A stretch of DNA of 64,000 bases from Takakia lepidozioides. Lineage: Eukaryota; Plantae; Bryophyta. Every line of letters starts with the position of its first letter. Position 1 is the stretch's first letter. A model generated the notes under the pieces. The model did not search any database and was not told the origin of the DNA. It saw only the letters and a program-made list of their open reading frames with translations. The position numbers were made by a program, and so were the translations under genes. The stretch is taken from assembly GCA_030704615.1 (NCBI GenBank), contig CM060733.1, positions 26,784,001 through 26,848,000 on the forward strand. The letters run 5' to 3'. Below, in pieces: positions 59,810-64,000 of the stretch.

Positions 59810-61925
59810 TACGTTTCCATCCATCGACGAAACACATATTTGTCGTTGCAATTCTCCGATGGAATATGTACTAATCGTTGCTGACGGCCGACAGAACAAA
59901 CAGTCGTTGCTTCCAACAGTCGATTACAATGAACACTCATTCATTCATTTCGATGAATACTGTTGGGTTTATTTATTTGAAATTGAAATACACAATATTT
60001 GTTTGTAAGTGCAGAAGTGCAGGGGTTCAAAGCTGGGGACTCAAATTTTGTCATGGAGGCTAATTTCAAAGTTGGAGAGAAGGTCGGGCATGCAAAGGAG
60101 GAGGCTGCGAAAGTCGAGGTAGGCGAGGCCAAAGCTTTGGGGATCCGCTTCGTTGGTCACATGCGACCACGCCGTCGAGTTGCAGCACGTCCAAGCCCTT
60201 GCAGGATGCGACGCGGTGGAGAGTGTGGATCGAGGGTCGGTTTATGCATGTTGGAGTTCAAGGTTGGGGCCAGTGGACATTACGCGTAAGATCCCCCGGC
60301 CCGCGTAATATCCCCCGCTTACTGTTGACGTGACATTTCGCCAGGTAAGCTCCCTGAAAATACAAAGAGGAAAAACCCGTTCGTTTTTACGATTTCGTAA
60401 TAAGCCTCACTTGGGGCACTTCTTTATGCAGGAGAAGGGCCCGCATGTCCGGCCTTCCGCCATTTTCGGGACCTGGCCAGGTCCCGTCCCCGTTTACGAC
60501 CCTCGAATGGCGGAGGGCCTGAGTTATTCATGGCCACACCGAACAGGCCATTGAGGGTATTATCTATTTGTGCCCACACCGAACTTACTAATAATCCTTA
60601 ACACCTTAAACCATCTACAATAGCCTTGAGACTTCACATATACATAGATTGGTTCTCATAGTAGAAGGTCAATGCTAGATTTACAGCAGAACTAATCGTC
60701 ATCCCACCCTTCTTGGCTGTTTGGCTATTGCTCTCTCATGTCCTTCATTTGCTCTACCAAAAGTCTACTTTGTGTTGGTTTTCGAGTAATAAGGGTAGCC
60801 CCTTGCTGACTCCATGATCACTGTCAATTACCTCAAGGAATCGCTCCTCCATGTCACTCACATTTTAGTACTAACATAAGAGTGTCCAATTGGTCGTGTT
60901 AGTGTAGTATAGTGAGGGTAGTATGTTAATACCTAGGCTTGGGCTTCGTTTAATTGGTCTTGGACGCACTAACATGATGATTAATATTTAAGGATGATGG
61001 CTTTTAAGTTGGATGAAAAGAAGCATGTATCATTACCAACCACTATGGACATGGATGATGCAAGATGAAATGCCATTAATATTTGACCTCAAGTGTGGAT
61101 AGGTTGGGTCATAATGAATTGTATAAGGGTATTTTGAATCTTATGTACTTATTTATTAAGATTTGACTACACACTTGGATGACCTGTTCTAATTGACATC
61201 TCTTTATGGACTACCAACTAACTATAGTCCGTCTAATATTTTGAAACAAAGTGTCTTGAAAACAGATACTTGTAAATACCATCCGATGAATATATCTTTT
61301 TTGATGAGGCTATATGAAATGAGGAATGTGTGGCAATGTATTGTTGGGAAGCATATGATATGCATGGTTGCACCCTTTGTGCCATAGTTCATTTTGGGTG
61401 AGTAAACTCTTGAGGTGGACGTTTATTGGGCGACACTTCAAGAACTTTTTCCATCATGTAAATGACTATGTTTCCCAAGTATGGTGTAGTTTTGGGGGCA
61501 AGATTAGTTCCCTCAGCATCCAAGTTATGGTGAGTTCCATTTTTAGAGGTTGTGCGCTTCTAATTCTACATGACCGCATATTTTCACCAATTGCATGCAC
61601 AAACCAATCATAAGCTCCCTACAAAAGTAACAAGCCTCAAATGGCCATGGTCTCTATGCTTGGGCAAAACATAAGGGGGAGGCGAGACTATGCTATGGCC
61701 TCGCGAAAAAACTCCGTTGCCCCTTTGTGAAGGAACGGATTTTGGGCCCGCTGATCATTGCTAGCCACATCAACGACTAAGGCCGGTCCAAAAACAAATC
61801 CTTGGTCCCGACCAGTGTTGGATGGGCATTACTTTTTCTAATACAAGTTGGGTCATGATGTTTATTTTTTCTTAAATTTTCAATACAAGCCAATTCCATA
61901 GTATTAGAATGTTCATAAACTTTAA

Positions 61926-62735
61926 CCCTTAAGTTCCCAAGCCCTTTTTTGATTTTTTACCAATTTTGGGTACCCAGCTGCAGTAAATTGCCCCTAGAAA
62001 CCTACCGAAAATCATCCAGAGATTCCAGCCTTATATGGGCCCAGCTCATTTATGCATGACATACCAAAAAATGAGCCAAGTCCACCATGGAAATTGTGAG
62101 ATTATAGCGTTGGCCCGGACCTCAAATATCAGGTCCCAAAGAAAAAGTGAGAAAGAAATTGGTTTGACCAAATTAAAACCTAGCTTTATCCAATTTTGCT
62201 TGCCCCAGGACCCACCATTTCCAAATCAATAGTGGAGTGGCTATGACCCCACTAAATTGCAGGGCCAACAGATTTTTTCACCTATGCTTGCTTTGCATGC
62301 AATTACATGGGGGTTGAAATCTCAAAATTGACAAGAGAAAATGTGCCTCCAAATGAAGTACTTTTTTTTCTACAAAGTTTTTAAAAGCCAATGGTGGATA
62401 TATGTATGTAATGCTCACACACCACAAGGTGAAGTGTTTTTTCCAAAATTGCTAATTTTATGCCAAAAATGGCCTTTGGAGTGCAATCTGTTTTGGGCTT
62501 GGTGACCTGCCACGTCAGCGGTCAACAAGCCCTTTTCAGGCCCCAAAATGTAAATGAGAGATCTAAGATATTTTTTGTAGGTAGGAGCTTTTGTTTTTTT
62601 TTTATAAATTTTGTTTTTTCATCATACTCGAGACAAATCCCTTGTCATTAAAGCTTCAGGAGTGGGCCCCATCAGATTAGATCTGCAAAAATTAGGTCAA
62701 ACTGCAAATTCAAAGTGAGCTTGGGAACTTAAGGG
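61926..62735. mobile_element. Second piggyBac-like MITE, 810 bp
   Basis: Perfect 17-bp TIRs CCCTTAAGTTCCCAAGC. TTAA on the left (61922-61925); the right flank is TTCT, so the TSD is only half preserved. Confidence 0.7.
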
Positions 62736-63200
62736 TTCTCAACAGTAGTTTTGCAGGCGGGATTAATTTCGGGACCTTCGAGAAGACATCCACAAGCATC
62801 AACGTTTTACTTCTCAATTTTGTCCTTTGTAACTTCTTGGGTTCCCATGGACGCGATGCTTTTGTTGAGTAGGTACATGGTATAACAAACCGAACGTTAG
62901 GTTGACGTTGTTGAATAAGGATAAGTCCAAACTCTACGTTGGTGAGAATTTGCGGTCAATCTCGGAAGCTTGATCATTTGAGGTGAAACACGTGGTCGAT
63001 TTCTGTGTCATCCAAATTAAAAGCATATGCTACTGTAACAAAGACCATCAAAAAATATAGTCTTTGTTTTCTAGTAGTAGAACTCAAGGCTGATTGCTTT
63101 GCATTATTTTACATCCATGAACCAAATGTGTCCATCCGTTCGAAATCAGTACTTCACTATAGTTCTCTCACTAAATAGACATCAAGATAATAATTGAATA

Positions 63201-63692
63201 TTATGTTGCCAAAATATCACCTAATTTGTTCTTCAAAACATAGGTGTATGCAAAAATCCCAACAACCGTTGATACAACAAGAAATACAAAGGAGATATAC
63301 ATGCGAATGAAAAAGTAGTTGCTATCCAAATACACCATCGTGGGATGGTGGATGGTCGGAGATTTTTTCAAAAAACTTTGTTTTTTGGTCATTCCTCTGG
63401 TGATTGCCCCCTCCTGATTCTCACTAGTATGAGAATATATCTTTTTAGGCAGGGCTACCTCATATGCATGGGGAGGGTACACTGGGTAGTCTACCTCCGA
63501 ATCCGTCGTCGGCAATAGCCGTAACGCTGCTGTTTTTCGGCGAGTCATTATAATGTTGGATAACGGTGGTGGCGTCACTTTTTGCGGCACCGTAGCCGAA
63601 GGAATGGTTTGAGTATAAGATGTTGTGACAGACTCCCACTCTTGGGAGAATGCGCTGGTTCCCGGAGATGTTGGTGTGGGTTGTTGTGCCAT
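63201..63692 (-). CDS. Orphan ORF, Thr/Pro-rich with C-terminal hydrophobic helix
   Basis: Uninterrupted ~163-aa ORF from ATG 63692. C-terminal YISFVFLVVSTVVGIFAYTYVL followed by KNK. Confidence 0.3.
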   Translation of the reverse strand: MAQQPTPTSPGTSAFSQEWESVTTSYTQTIPSATVPQKVTPPPLSNIIMTRRKTAALRLLPTTDSEVDYPVYPPHAYEVALPKKIYSHTSENQEGAITRGMTKKQSFLKKSPTIHHPTMVYLDSNYFFIRMYISFVFLVVSTVVGIFAYTYVLKNKLGDILAT

Positions 63693-63825
63693 TGCAAAGC
63701 CCCTCAAACTTCCATCTTCTGCCTACAAATCCTGAAAATTTGATGTTGTAAGTAGCTAAGGAAGTTATCCCCAAATAATTGAAAAATATGAATATCTTTG
63801 TGGTTACGCTGGCTTCGGCCGGAGT

Positions 63826-63914
63826 CTTCTCTTTCTCTCTTTTAGTTTTTTAGAGAAAGAGAAACACCTGGGAGCCAAATCAGGCCCCTTCATAATGAGA
63901 GGAGAAACCGCGAG

Positions 63915-63952
<38 letters not shown>

Positions 63953-64000
63953 TTTTTTATTCTTTTAGAGAAAGAGAAACACGGAGCCAAATCAGGCCCC
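63826..64000 (-). repeat. Two tandem retroposon-like 3' tails related to the SINE at 51277-51518, with (CT)n
   Basis: GAAACAC...AAATCAGGCCC(...GAGAGGAGAAA in the first copy) next to T-rich runs matches the SINE 3' end at ~51300-51360. Confidence 0.6.

Overview
Eukaryotic, intron-containing land-plant nuclear DNA. The PPR style suggests a non-seed plant such as a bryophyte, which is inference only. Host genes: a kinesin-light-chain-related TPR gene (runs off the left edge), an aldo-keto reductase with small frameshifts, an apparently intact mnmA/TRMU tRNA 2-thiouridylase and an unidentified multi-exon gene. Two transposon structures dominate. (1) A 7.1-kb Pack-MULE-like element (8381-15468) with ~300-bp TIRs and a perfect 9-bp TSD (AAATAACTA), whose cargo is two convergent, degenerate PLS-class DYW PPR RNA-editing-factor genes. 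(2) A 16.4-kb foldback-type Mutator element (20788-37235) with ~2.3-kb repeat-built arms, a SWIM-type DDE transposase with an intact catalytic triad, a Ulp1/C48 protease and an unknown zinc-finger ORF. One short motif (TGTNACCC, mostly TGTAACCC/GGGTTACA) is amplified through its arms, large introns, spacer and even a coding linker, recalling the VANDAL/VANC anti-silencing architecture. Also present: a third PPR pseudogene, two piggyBac-like (TTAA/CCC) MITEs, a Tc1/mariner-type MITE, a foldback MITE with a nested tRNA-derived SINE, LINE and Copia remnants, and truncated GH31 and SGT1 gene fragments. All alignments were done by eye; boundaries marked ~ are approximate.
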